From Parasitella parasitica NRRL 2501 (taxonomy: Eukaryota; Fungi; Mucoromycota): a stretch of 64,000 bases of DNA. Of the stretch, positions 12,825 to 24,941 are shown in pieces. Position numbers and translations under genes: made by a program. The notes under the pieces are model-generated. The model worked only from the letters and a program-made list of their open reading frames with translations. It had not been told where the DNA came from and ran no database searches. Position 1 is the stretch's first letter, and every line of letters begins with the position of its first letter. Location: assembly GCA_025201805.1 (NCBI GenBank), contig MU619249.1, positions 238,368 to 302,367 of the forward strand. Direction: 5' to 3'.

Positions 12825-13640
12825 GTTTGAAAAAAAGAAGTAAGTTCGAGGTATAAATTTGTGGCGCCCAGGCTTTTATTGAAACTGAGCATTTCTCAGT
12901 TTCATGAAGCCATTTAAATGCAACGCGGCTTACTCTATCTGTGATCCCAGCATTTTAAACATCTTGCAAGCGCTTCAATAGACAAGGAAAATAAGTAATT
13001 TTGGATAAACGTCTTCTTCTGTCAGCTGGATATATGTAGAATAAAATGCTTAAACATTCTTATTTTTATACGCTTTCCTGACTCAAAAACAGCATGGATT
13101 ATCTCAATCAAAGATTTTGAGCAAAGTTTGCAGAAGTCTTGACTTCGCATCAAGTCAATAAATGATAAATAGCTCAATTTGTATGATTTGATGACAATTT
13201 TTGACATGTTTACACGCTACAACCGAGAGATAATTTCTGAGCATTTGGCCATGTTCAAAGACAACTATTTGCACAAGCAATGAAACTACTTCGATAAAAT
13301 AACACATAGCTAAAAAGGCATATATGAGTGATTATTAAATGTGTTCTGGAGGGATTGTTGTTGCTGCAGATGGCGATACTCGTTGATTATTCAGAGGTAT
13401 TGACGGATAATTTTGGACACCTTTGGATATTCGGCTTTAATGCTATCCTCTATTTAGATATAAGGATAGCTAAATTTATTTAGAGTGATATACAAACAAT
13501 TTAGAAGAGGAAAAGAAGGCAAGTGAGAAATAATAAACTATATTATATACAAAAAGGTAATAAAGAGAGAAGGTATTTGCTAATGTTGTATGGTATTTGG
13601 GTTCCTATTATACGTTGCTTGCGTATATACCATGCTGATT

Positions 13641-14714
13641 TTAACGAAATTCAAAGTTTCCAAACTGGTTTGCAGGAATATGCTCCAAATTCAGTTCCTG
13701 AAACCAATCCTTGTGATGGCGGAAAAAATAAAAGCCTCTGATACTGTTAGTTGAACGCTGATAACAAACGTAATAAAAGCCAGCAAAGCTAGCGCCATGG
13801 ATTGCATTAACATGATGATTAGGGACTAAGAAGGTCTCCTTCCATCGCATGTAAATGAAATCATCATTAGCTTTAAAATCATATGTGAAATCATCGCGGT
13901 TGAATTTATCGACGTAAGGCTTGAAAGAAGGGAATCTTTTCTGTGAACATATACATTTGCGTTAGTAGAGAAAAGTTGCAGTCATTTGACATTTTTACCC
14001 AATGCAAAAGATCGCTCTGCTGATCTGCTTGCCACTTGCGAGTATGAAAAGAGTGTTTCGGGCCAATAATCTCGGCATGGAAAAAAGTCTATGAAAACAA
14101 GTTAGCTACATGATGGCACAAAGACACACATAACCATTGATGAGATCCACATACTGTAAGCTCCGGGAATTCGCTAGTTAATCCTTTGATCTTCAAGTAG
14201 CCACAAAGTGAACTTTCCTTTATATCCACATGCTGCATAAGCAAAACAACGCAAAAATAAGTCATCTATACCATTGTATATGTAGACACACAAGAGTTTA
14301 CGTTGTTGGATCACTTACGAGTAACTCTACATTCACTTCATAACTGGCTGTCCCACATTTCTGAGTGCCATAGAAGACTGAGCCAGCATACAACCCACCC
14401 ACACACACAGGACGAAGTCTATCCTCGTTCAAGTTTACAACTCTATCGTCGCCTTCACGCCTTGCATGGAGCAATACCACCTTACTGATTGTCTGGGGAC
14501 ATGATTTTACATGTTGTTTTGTACTGTAATTGACTTCAGTTTCCATAGAATTGGTATCAACGAGATTGTTTTGTGCTTTGATGTGCTGTTTGCATTTTGA
14601 ATCCTCTTGATCACCATTCTCGAATTGTGGAGTTGTGATGGTGATCACTGGAAGCTGAACAGCAATGCTATTATTGCTTGAAGCAGAAGGGGTTACAACA
14701 GATGGAATTGGCAT
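13641..14714 (-). CDS. GID4: Vacuolar import and degradation protein / GID complex substrate receptor Gid4 (Vid24), multi-exon
   Basis: [46 protein letters not shown] and [13 protein letters not shown]. Confidence 0.9.
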
Positions 14715-14987
14715 AGCTTTATGTATAGAGAGAAAAACAAAATAAAAAAAAACGGCCTCCTTTTCTTTCTTTCCATTTTATCCCCTCAAAGATTGCTGTT
14801 TATGGCAACCACATTATATCATCAGGTCCTGTTGTATAATCTATAATTGGTCAGGTTGCCGACTCACGCAGCTCTATTTAATATGCAGCATAATGTGAGA
14901 GAGGGTCACAAAAACCTGGCTGTTTTTTTTTTCGCACAAGAAACGAACGAGGAAATCTTCTCTTGCCCATCTCAAAAAAGAATTGAC

Positions 14988-15716
14988 ATGGACATGGACA
15001 TGAACTTTGAGAGCCAAGAAGAGCCAGTTCAAGAGCAAGATCAAAAGCAGCAAGTTAGATTTATTACAAGCTAAACATACAGAGACATGTAAATTAAAAC
15101 AAAAAGATGGTTGTGTAGAAATTGCATGCGGCTGTGTGGCATCAAGTTGATCAAATAGTAAAAGAACAAGGTGCTAACTCAAGATATGAACAACACTTGT
15201 CGCATACATACTAACATGAACTGCGTTCATAGCTAGACAGTTAAGAAAAGATGCGTCTGAAGCGTTTGTAGCTTCATTGGCAGAGATACTGATGGCTCAA
15301 ATACGTAAATTATTCTAGCAGAACTGCCTTTTGAGCCTACATTTATTCACTAATTTTTTTTTCTTACTGTGTAGAAACTATGGCAACCGATCTTGAAGCA
15401 TTTGCAATGTAAGTAGGGCTTGCGATACTCAAAGGCTGTCACTCAAAACAAACTTAGTCATGGTAAAAGAGCAACTATATCTATGGAAGATGTCAAGGTA
15501 CTGCTGCATGTGTAGACATTTTGTGGGTCAATGGGGAATTTTATTAACGTCTGTTGCTTTTAGCTGTGCTCAAGACGTAATGATAGCTTGGTAAGTTAGC
15601 TGGTAAAATTGTTTTCATGTAAAGCAAAATTGCAAACATCTCTATTGTAGTATCAATTGATATCAGATGCAGCAAACGAAATATCTAAAGATTCGAATAG
15701 CAGGAAAAAAAAATAG
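14988..15716 (+). CDS. MHF1: Histone-fold protein CENP-S / MHF1 (many micro-exons; mostly missed by the ORF track)
   Basis: Spliced: KLHAAVWHQVDQIV..ASEAFVASLAEI..MATDLEAFA.HGKRATISMEDVKLCSRRNDSL. Confidence 0.85.
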
Positions 15717-15758
15717 TCTTTTTTTTTGTTTATTTTACTATATATTAAATTTAAAATT

Positions 15759-16298
15759 TTACAAGAGTTTACGGTTATCTTCGTTATTGATATGTCTCAT
15801 TTGTTCACGAAGGTCATCAGCATGAGTACAACCAGCAGCATTTTCATTGCTGTTTCCTACGCCTGGGAATAAGCCTGTTACGGCGCCTGCAAGACGAGTA
15901 AGTTGTTGTTGCTGCTGTTGCTGCTGCTGTTGCTGTTGAATGTCATGCTCAGCAGATGAACTACGCCTCTGTTTCTCTTCTCCTGTGGCAGCTGTCTCTT
16001 GCTCAATCAATGGCTTATCAGAAGTTGATGCGATGGAAGAGGTAGAGCTTCTGCGGGCTTTGTGTTCTCGCCGTTCATGAACCACGTCTTTAACAAAGCC
16101 TGCCACATCCTTTACATAACCTACCAGGCCTAATTTCTCGGGGGAAAGACTGTGTTGAGCAAGTCTATTGCTTTCATTTGTGGAGGCTTTGGCGGTATGA
16201 ATGACATGAGTGTGCTCGTACGGTGTCTGATCTGGAGCGAGTGCCATGTCAATAGGCATATGTTTTGGTAATTCATTTTGTTGGTTTTGCTGTTCCAT
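15759..16298 (-). CDS. Hypothetical low-complexity protein (179 aa)
   Basis: Uninterrupted ATG-initiated ORF with polyQ and RRSS motifs. No recognisable domain. Confidence 0.6.
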   Translation of the reverse strand: MEQQNQQNELPKHMPIDMALAPDQTPYEHTHVIHTAKASTNESNRLAQHSLSPEKLGLVGYVKDVAGFVKDVVHERREHKARRSSTSSIASTSDKPLIEQETAATGEEKQRRSSSAEHDIQQQQQQQQQQQQLTRLAGAVTGLFPGVGNSNENAAGCTHADDLREQMRHINNEDNRKLL

Positions 16299-16595
16299 AA
16301 TATTTCTGTTGTTTTTTCTTTAAATGAAAAAAGAAGAACAGAAAAAGGAAAACACCCCGGGCTTCCTCTTAACTTGAGTGATTCATGCAAAATACAAGAG
16401 ATAGCGCGCTTATATTATTATAAATATGACATAATGGCCGGCTTAATAGTATAACCATGAACGCTTGAAGTTTTAAAAAAAGAAAAGTGAAGACAAGCTT
16501 TTTTTTATTAAAGACTCTAGCAGAATATAATGGGATTATTATTGATAAATTATATAAAATGGCAATACGAAGAAATTATTATAAATTACAAAAAT

Positions 16596-18040
16596 TTAAA
16601 GCAAGTATAGTGTAAACATGAATACAGCTGCAGCAGAAACCAAAGTAGAGCAAGACACAGATGATCTACTATGCATGGCAGCGCTTGCGTGAGCATTGTT
16701 TACGGCAGAGACTTGGGATTGGGTAGCGGAGGGAGCAGCAGGGGCGACAGTGACGCTTGATGTGGCAGCGGGAATGGCAGACGAGCTGACAGCAGTACTG
16801 TTGATGGCGGGAATGACGTCTGATTCCTTGTAGGAAGGTACGCCTGCACATTGGCCAACGGTAACTACTTTGTAAGCTTTCTGAAGTTGGGGTAGGTTTC
16901 TGATGGCAGCATCTACAGTGACTTTTTGGATGTCATGTTCGAGTGAAAGGCCACCAGAAGATGCAGTTGCTGCTTCGGCAACCCATTCAGTAAAGTTACC
17001 GTCAATCCATTCAACTTTGAAGCCAGGAGCATTTTCACCAAGCTATTACAACAGTTTTGTTAGTATACCGACGAGTTGTTTCAATACAATACATGTAATT
17101 ACCATCCAATCGTTGGTATCATGATCCCAGATAACGGCTAAGCAAAAAAAAAAAAAAGGTTATTAATTGCGGATGCAGATGCAATCAGCGTGTATAGGAT
17201 ACTTACAAGTAAAACCAAGAGCATTACCGATATCTCTAACACGGTTATCAATGTCACCGTATGGCTGTAATGCAAAAGGGGATTTAGTCGAAAAATCTTA
17301 GAATGACATGTCTTATGCGGGTGATATTTACAGGTCTAAATAATCTAGGGGACACGCCAGTAATTTCTTTAATGGCCAGTTCAGTCCATTTGAGTTCTGC
17401 AACGATCTCTTCGTTTGTCAGGGTAGTCATATAGTTGTGAGTCCAGGTATGAATAGCGATCTCATGACCCTCCTCATAAGCACGCATCACGGTATCAGGG
17501 TGTTGAATAACGTTGGCGCCGATCATAAACAATGTTGCTTTCTGATTTGTGGTTTTCAAAAAGTCGTATAATATAGGTGAGTATTGAGATGGTCCATCGT
17601 CGTATGTGAGGCCCCACATGCCTTTGGGACAATCACCAATACTGTCTCCCATACAGCCAGATTTAGACCAGTCGCAAAAATCGTCAGTGCCGCTGGTGCT
17701 AGGTCCTGTTTTTGTGCATGAGTGAGCCGAAATGTCAAAAGTGCACAAATATATTCATTTTACCGTTATTGCCATTGGCTTTCAAGACAGGAGCATTGGT
17801 GATGTTTGTGCTTTTGATCAGATCCAGCCATTCAGGCTTGGCAACAGGCTTAGTGCCGTGAGCGGGGTAGCCACTGCTCAATTGACCTGGAGTAGATGTG
17901 GTGGATGTGGTGGATGTACTGGCTCCAGCTGCTGCAGATGGTGCGGCAGGCTCAGCCGATGAGGACGAAGAAGAAGTGACATTTTGTGCCTGAATGACCG
18001 AGATCAAGGTCAGAATTGTAGCAATAGATGTGAATTTCAT
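16596..18040 (-). CDS. Chitin/polysaccharide deacetylase (CE4, NodB), secreted, likely GPI-anchored; multi-exon
   Basis: Signal peptide MKFTSIATILTLISVIQA; CE4 motifs WGLTYDDGP, HEIAIHTWTH, FRPPYGD, WDHDTNDW and LEHD; Ser/Ala-rich linker and hydrophobic C-terminus. Confidence 0.92.
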
Positions 18041-20561
18041 TCTTGTAGAAAGAAAGAGGCAAAATAGAGAATTAAAGGGAGCAAGAGTTCAAATATTATG
18101 ATAAAACAACGAGAACGAGGAGTTGTGCTGTTATAACCACACAATTCAGGGGATTTTATGTAAAAGAGTAAAAGAAAATAAAGAAAACAAACAAGTTTTT
18201 CTGCTCCTCTTTTTATAACCTTTTTTTTTTTTTTTTTTTTNNNNNNNNNNTCCTCAAATGTCTTAATAATCCTTATAGATAACAGCCATGTCCTGTCAGG
18301 CACGCATTTTGGGCTGATTATTTTATATTATCTTGTACTCTTATTCAGCACGGCTTGATTTAAACTTGTGTTACTTTTTGTCATTTTAAGCGAATAATGG
18401 GCTATTTTTGTCGTTTTTGTCTGTAAAAAGATGCTGTTTTTCCCGGGTAAATTACATTGCTGTACGCATTAACAAAAAAAGAAGTTGGAATCATGTTGTA
18501 CGGATGCCCCGAGCTAAGCAACATGATTTTTATAAATATAAGCTTCCTACGCCCATTGCCTATTTTTTTTGTTGGGGTTTTTTTTTTATGAAAAAAAAAA
18601 AAAAAAAAAAAAAACTTGATACTAGTGGAATCAACTGTATATTTTATTATACAACATTGACCTAATAGCCTCACGTGCATTGTCTCAATTTTAAACCATA
18701 ATTTTTTGTATGCTTAGTTGAATCTATATACAGAGAGACAGCGCGCGTGTGCAGTGCAATGTATATTTATAGATTTCATCTATACGGATTTTGCTCAACC
18801 TTGTACTACTCTGTGTGGATTTTCTAAAAGCATGATAATTGATTTTGGATGTTCAGCTCGCAGAAAAAACAACAGCTTTTTTTTTTTAGTGCAACGCAAC
18901 GCAACCACAACACAACCAACGCCCTTGTATAACATACCAACTGACAATTCATTGCAATACTCTCAGCCTGTTCTAAGCGCCGTATTGCCTTTTACACGGC
19001 TACTCGAATATTTAAACATGTATGTCCCTCTTATATTAAGAATAAACGGCAATGCATCTCATCCTATATACATACAACTGTAGCCATTGCAGACTAAATA
19101 TTTGGATGTCATGTACAAGTGCGTTTAGATGTCTACAAGGCAAAATTTATATAGCCGCCGAGCTACCGGCTTCTAGCATTAGATATACAGGACTCTGAAG
19201 GATTTCAATTGCTGCTCAGAGCACCATTTACAGCAAGCTACACCTCTGCCGACACAATGCACGAGATCGTGCACTCTCGAAACTGGTGAAATTATCTTTT
19301 TTCATGTCAATTGTAATTGATAATTCATTGTTTGTGTTTGCATGAGCGCTGGCAGTGTGGCTGTCAATGTTTCTAAATAATACTTACTGGCATTTCCTAA
19401 CCGCAATGCCGAACTTTGCTTTCCCTTACAATGTATTATTTCTACATACAATGCAAGCCAAGGTGATGCCATGTAAGGTGCACATATACATAGAACATGG
19501 AAGGAACATATGATGATAATGATACGTGTCTACAGATAACAAATATATAGCAAGCAGTATATAGAAAGCCTCCTGCTTTAATGTGGAAGGGTGATCACCA
19601 TGTACCACATTACTTTTCTTGTAAAAGATAATATAAAAACACATTGCTATCTCCTATTTTCTCTGTACTAACGAAACGTCGACACCACTGATGTGTACCT
19701 CTTTGCTTTTAGTTAATAGTTTTCTTAAAAAAAACCAACTTCATTACGTAACTCTTGACATCATAAAGATTTGGTCCCATTGGTCGATATGAAGACTTAC
19801 TGACCGAGGAGCCTTTTTCTGGTGAATTTTTTCCAGGATACTCTACATGTATATATATATAGGCAGGCGTTGGTGAAGCTTGCGTAGATTTTTCAAACAA
19901 ATTACAATGGCTTTCACTGCTTCGGATATATGTAAATTCGTTCTAGGTATACGTATATACACCATATGCAGATTCATCTGACAATGATAAGCTAACATCT
20001 TGTGATGACAAAATAGCGGTTGTTTTTCCTCCGCTAGGTGTATTTGGCGAAAGAGGTATTATTTGTAAATCTTTGTTTTATGGAGCAAGATGACTTATTG
20101 TAATAGGGTGTGGTTCCGACTTACTCATCAACATTATATTGACATGCTTGGGCTGGATTCCTGGTGAGTTTTCTCTTGCACACAGATATGCCATTTTTAT
20201 TTACATTTTGTCCATTCGAACAGGAATCGTTCATGCTATATACATTATTTTTAAATATTGATCAGTGCTTTCCCCCTACAGTCATCTGTATACTAATACG
20301 GTAGTAGCATATTAATAAAAGTTGCCGATCAAATTGCAAACACATTTAGCTCTTATGACATGGAAAAAGAGAAAAAAAAAAGGTCTAAATTTTTAATCAT
20401 CTATTTTGATTCTAACTTGAAGGGAGAGGGAGGACGAGGGGGATTTGTTCGACTATCCACAGAATGATCAAGGGGATTCTATATAGCGGTTATGAATTGA
20501 GATATGAGGAATTCTATTTACATGTACAAAAAGGGTATCGAAAAATAAAAGCATGGCATGA

Positions 20562-21296
20562 TCAGACCCTTGGAATGAAACTGGAATAGTTTACATTCAT
20601 CGCGGACGCGGCAGCAGCGGCGGCGACAGAATTGGCTGCTGCTGCTGCTGCTATTGCTGCTGCTACGGAAGACGAAGAAGGGTGAAGTAGGCGATAGCGC
20701 GGGTGGAGATGTTGCTGCTGATTCTGATAGCAGACAAAGCTAGATTTCATGCTGTAGGGATGGTAATTTGCTGATCTCTTTTTCTCATGCAGCTTTCTAT
20801 GCATCTGTTTGGCCAGCTTTAGCTCAGACATCCACTGCTGGCACTGTGCAGCCCATGAAAAGAACTGGGATTGGCGAACAAAGGTCTTGTAGTTCAAGGC
20901 TGAAAGGAACTCCATTTCCATAATGTTCAATTCAACCAGAGGCACGCTCGACACTTCAGACCATGATTTGTTTGTGAAGGTATTGTCATCGAGGAATTTA
21001 TTGGCTAGGATAAGTGCAGTGGTAAACAAACGCACTTCGGATCCCATCGAGGCTCGGATGGATGGATATGCCGTTCGCAGCTTATAAATATATAGCAACG
21101 CAACAAGCACGCATGGGCTGGAAACCTGTGTTGATTTGATCATGTTTTGACAAAACAATCGAAACGAATTTGATCTGGCTGTGCCAGTGGTGGTGGTGGT
21201 GGTGAATGATGATCCAGCCCAGATTTTGGGCACCATGTGAGCAACAAACTCTGCCAATTGGATGGCATTTGAGCAAGACAGGATGGGATATGACAT
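20562..21296 (-). CDS. Pho80/Pcl/Clg1-type cyclin-domain protein, intronless
   Basis: VLVALLYIYKLR..RLFTTALILANKFLDDNTFTNKSWSEVS..ELNIMEMEFLSALNY. ATG at 21296. Confidence 0.88.
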   Translation of the reverse strand: MSYPILSCSNAIQLAEFVAHMVPKIWAGSSFTTTTTTGTARSNSFRLFCQNMIKSTQVSSPCVLVALLYIYKLRTAYPSIRASMGSEVRLFTTALILANKFLDDNTFTNKSWSEVSSVPLVELNIMEMEFLSALNYKTFVRQSQFFSWAAQCQQWMSELKLAKQMHRKLHEKKRSANYHPYSMKSSFVCYQNQQQHLHPRYRLLHPSSSSVAAAIAAAAAANSVAAAAAASAMNVNYSSFIPRV

Positions 21297-21683
21297 GTCG
21301 TGAATGTGTGTGTGTGTGTATATGTGTGTATGTGAAAACAAGAGAGGAAGAAAAAGAAAGAGAGATGGTAAAACGCACTGCTATTTATACAGCATATGGG
21401 ATATATATGTATAAATATAAATTGCATTTGTCCACATTATTATCACTTGTTGTTGTTGTTATTACAAAAAAAGAGTATAATGTTCCGAATTTTACATTGA
21501 TCTTTTTCTTCTCCTGCTGTGCTCCTTTGTCTAATTTCTACGCTATAACAAAATGATCCCCCCCCCCCTTGTTTGGAGTTTGCCATTCCTGTAAACAACA
21601 GCAGGCTCATTTTAATGAAAATGGCGGGCTTTTTTTTTTCTTTCTATTATTGTTTTTTTTTGTCATTTTTAATACAAAGATAA

Positions 21684-23347
21684 ATGTGGAAGTCCATACC
21701 AGATGTTGAATCAAAAATTGTTCAGGCTAGTCTCAACAAATATAACCAGCTCTCCAAGCAGGGGAAGCCAATTTTGCACCAGCAAAAGGCCGAATGGACA
21801 GTGCTGGCTTCAATCGTTATGATTCATTGCAGTATGTGTTTATAATATCTACAAGGCTACATGTGTTTGACGTAATTATCACCAGCAAGTAAGGATGACT
21901 ATTCGATCGAGGTCATATCTCTTGGGTAAGGAGAGACAGAGAGACAGAGAGAGAGAGAGAGAAAGCGTCTATAATAAGGGGTAAATGAGCTTATTCTGTT
22001 ATTTTTAATATATGCAGAACAGGCCTCAAATGTTTGCCGTTTAGTAAACTTTGCAAGAAGGGTGATTTATTAAATGATGGCCATGCAGAGGTAATTGCTC
22101 GCAGAGGATTTATAAAGTATTTATCTATATTCAATATATACATACACAGCAAAATATTTTAATGCACACTGTCATAGATATTTGCTTGAGATTTACACCA
22201 AACAGCATGACCATGACACGTTCCCATTCATTAAGCGAGACGCTTGCCTGGAGCTACGTCCGGAATATTCGATCCACATGTATGTGAGCCAATCTCCCTG
22301 TAGGTATGTGTATGGAACCGTGTCGGCCGACATCTAACGACGACAGCAACAGGCGGCGATGCGTCCATGTCTGCACTGGCGTCAGGTCAATCCCAAGAAT
22401 CCAAAGACATATTTGAGTCTGGCAAAAAACGCAAAGGAGCACCAACAATGGGCGATTATCCATATTTCACTGAAAACATTTATGCAAATAAAAGGTTAAA
22501 AATGACTGGAAATGGTGTTCGCGATCAAACGGCAACCAAACAGTTTCAAAGAGGTCGATTTGATTTTAGTCAAATTGGGATTTTGAGAACTAAACCAGGT
22601 CAGTTTCGTTTTCTTTTGTGTAAGCTGCTAAATAGTTGACATTGCTATGCGGTTACGGTAGGCCGACTGGATTCCGAACCAACGCTCTGTATGTCATGCA
22701 GCGACAAATTGGCAAGGTGGAATGTATTGGGGTTGCAGTCTGCTTTACTATCAAATACATACCATCCACTTTATCTTGATTCCGTTATTGTCGGTGACAT
22801 GTTTGATCAGCAAGCATTAGAAAGAGCACTATACGGAAGAATAGCATCCGTTAAAGGTATACTTGAGTGCATAAATACTCCAATTCGGTGAATTATCAGG
22901 CTAATCACATGATATTTGTACACAAAAGATCTGCCCGAGCCATATAGGTTGAACTGCCCCAAGATTGTGTCTGCGGATATACCCTTTGCCTACTCTAAAT
23001 CTTGGCTAGAGGACACTGGCAAGTACAAGGCGGTTGTGTCTTGTGGAACCTGCTTGTCTTGGGTCATAGGTATGGACAAGTCAGAAGTTTTTGCGAACGG
23101 CAGCAAACAGGGTGCACCCAAGAACAAGCCTGTTAATGCTAAAACAAGACCTTCTCTGTGTAAAAAAAGCTTATATAACAAGTTGGTGTCCAACGGTTTG
23201 GTTCAAGATGGTGCGCTATCTTATGGCCAATGCAAACAAAAGGCTGATCTATATCAAAAGGCCAAACAGTGCCTGCTGGATCAAGTGTTTGATACCTGGG
23301 TACAAACTCCTAGCGATTACCAGGACTTTACCTTATCACCACAGTAA
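21684..23347 (+). CDS. TAD1: tRNA-specific adenosine deaminase 1 (ADAT1/Tad1), multi-exon
   Basis: EWTVLA, SLGTGLKCLP, DGHAEVIARRGF, SQSPCGDASM, LRTKPGR and MSCSDKLARWN. No dsRNA-binding domains. Confidence 0.9.
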
Positions 23348-23832
23348 AATAAAAAGAGCTATATATCACTATATACTCTTTGTTTGTTTGTTGTTATTTG
23401 TTATAATACCGTTGCATGTGTGTCTCATCTTGTATAAATTTCTCTCCTTAATCCTATGGTCACACATATACATTTTGTCATGTAAGCACGGCTCTCAAGG
23501 ATTCGGTTAGAAAACAAGTGTGAAGTGCACTTTACACTGATGCGTATTTAATAGAATGGTGTTCTTCCGTTGAAGGATGTATCAAAATTGCAACCAGAGA
23601 AGCTGGACAGGTATCCATTAATGACAGCAGTGGTTGGATCATGTAGTACTAAGCCAATTGATACTGCCTTATATGTATACATCATTATATAAATGCAATG
23701 GCAAGATAGCATTCGCAATGTACTGTGAGCATATCCATCACATCAGAAAAGCACACCCGACCCCTTGTTTTTCTCGACAGCTTACTATAATTTACCGCCT
23801 TTTTTTCTATTTGGTCTAATTTCTTCCTCCTT

Positions 23833-23870
<38 letters not shown>

Positions 23871-23926
23871 GTTAATAATTATAAACCTCAAGGTACCTTC
23901 TCCTTTCTTTCTTTTTACTATTCTCT

Positions 23927-23935
23927 CTTTTTTTT

Positions 23936-24016
<81 letters not shown>
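23927..24016. repeat. Long poly(T) tract (~90 nt) next to a (CT)n microsatellite at ~23836-23864
   Basis: Directly visible. Explains the spurious poly-Lys ORF. Confidence 0.95.
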
Positions 24017-24020
<4 letters not shown>

Positions 24021-24167
24021 GGCAAGAAGGCACCGCATTTCAGATCAGATTTACAACGACAATACCCAGAAAAAAAAAGGATTTCCCATTCACAAAGCTC
24101 ATCGAAATCCATTCCATTCGTTTTATAGTCATCATACAAAAACAAATTTGTGTTTGTTAATCGCAGA

Positions 24168-24426
24168 ATGGATAATAACTTGGATCTAGAAGGCCAAACT
24201 GCCCCTGAATCTACGCGAGGATTGTTTGATGCTCCAGATGTGAGGCCTTTATTCATGCAATTTATTATTATTATTATATGCTAACAACCAATTTCAGAGT
24301 CCCAAAAGAGGTGATTGGGTTGGAAGACGTCGATCTATCGAATTGAGCGCTCGGGGCACCAATCCCAAAACATTTGGAATGGCAAACAAGCCCCTTCAAC
24401 AACAGCAACAGCAACAGCAACAACAA

Positions 24427-24458
<32 letters not shown>

Positions 24459-24897
24459 ACAGCAGCAGCAGCAGCATCGCTCAAGTGGATTGCATACTGT
24501 TAATGAAGAAGACTTTTACAGCCAAAAACAGCAGCAAAGAAAATACAATCGTGAGTCGATCCGTCACACGGACTATAGCCCACTACAGCAAAGAGACTCT
24601 ATCGATTCGTCGTCATCTTCGTCACTATTTCAACGAAAACAACGCTCTTCAGTAACTCATTTCAACAACTTCCCCTTGCTTAAAAGACCAGACGAAACTG
24701 ACGAGACGCCAAGTCGTATGTCCAGGGCAGATGTGCTGGCAGAGACTGAGGCAAAGCTGAATGGACACAATGCAGTCCCAGTAACATCAAACCGTTTCAG
24801 TACAAACAGTGGTTTTAATGACAAGCAAAACCGTCGCTTATCTGAGCCAAATGCCCGCTTCCACAGCTATGGTAACAGCTACACTCAGCAGCAGCAA

Positions 24898-24941
<44 letters not shown>

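Noticed and set aside
8750-15716. Apparent cluster of chromatin-related genes (GLTSCR1-domain, DNAJC9, MHF1)
   Set aside because: Interspersed with unrelated genes. No evidence of co-regulation; ordinary eukaryotic gene order.
18902-18911. caaccacaac as a possible telomerase RNA template for a (CCACAA)n-type telomere
   Set aside because: A 10-nt match is expected by chance in 64 kb. It lies in a CAA-rich low-complexity run with no supporting structure.
23918-24477. Poly-Lys, poly-Leu and poly-Ala ORFs
   Set aside because: Translations of a poly(T) tract and of the antisense strand of CAG/CAA polyQ codons.
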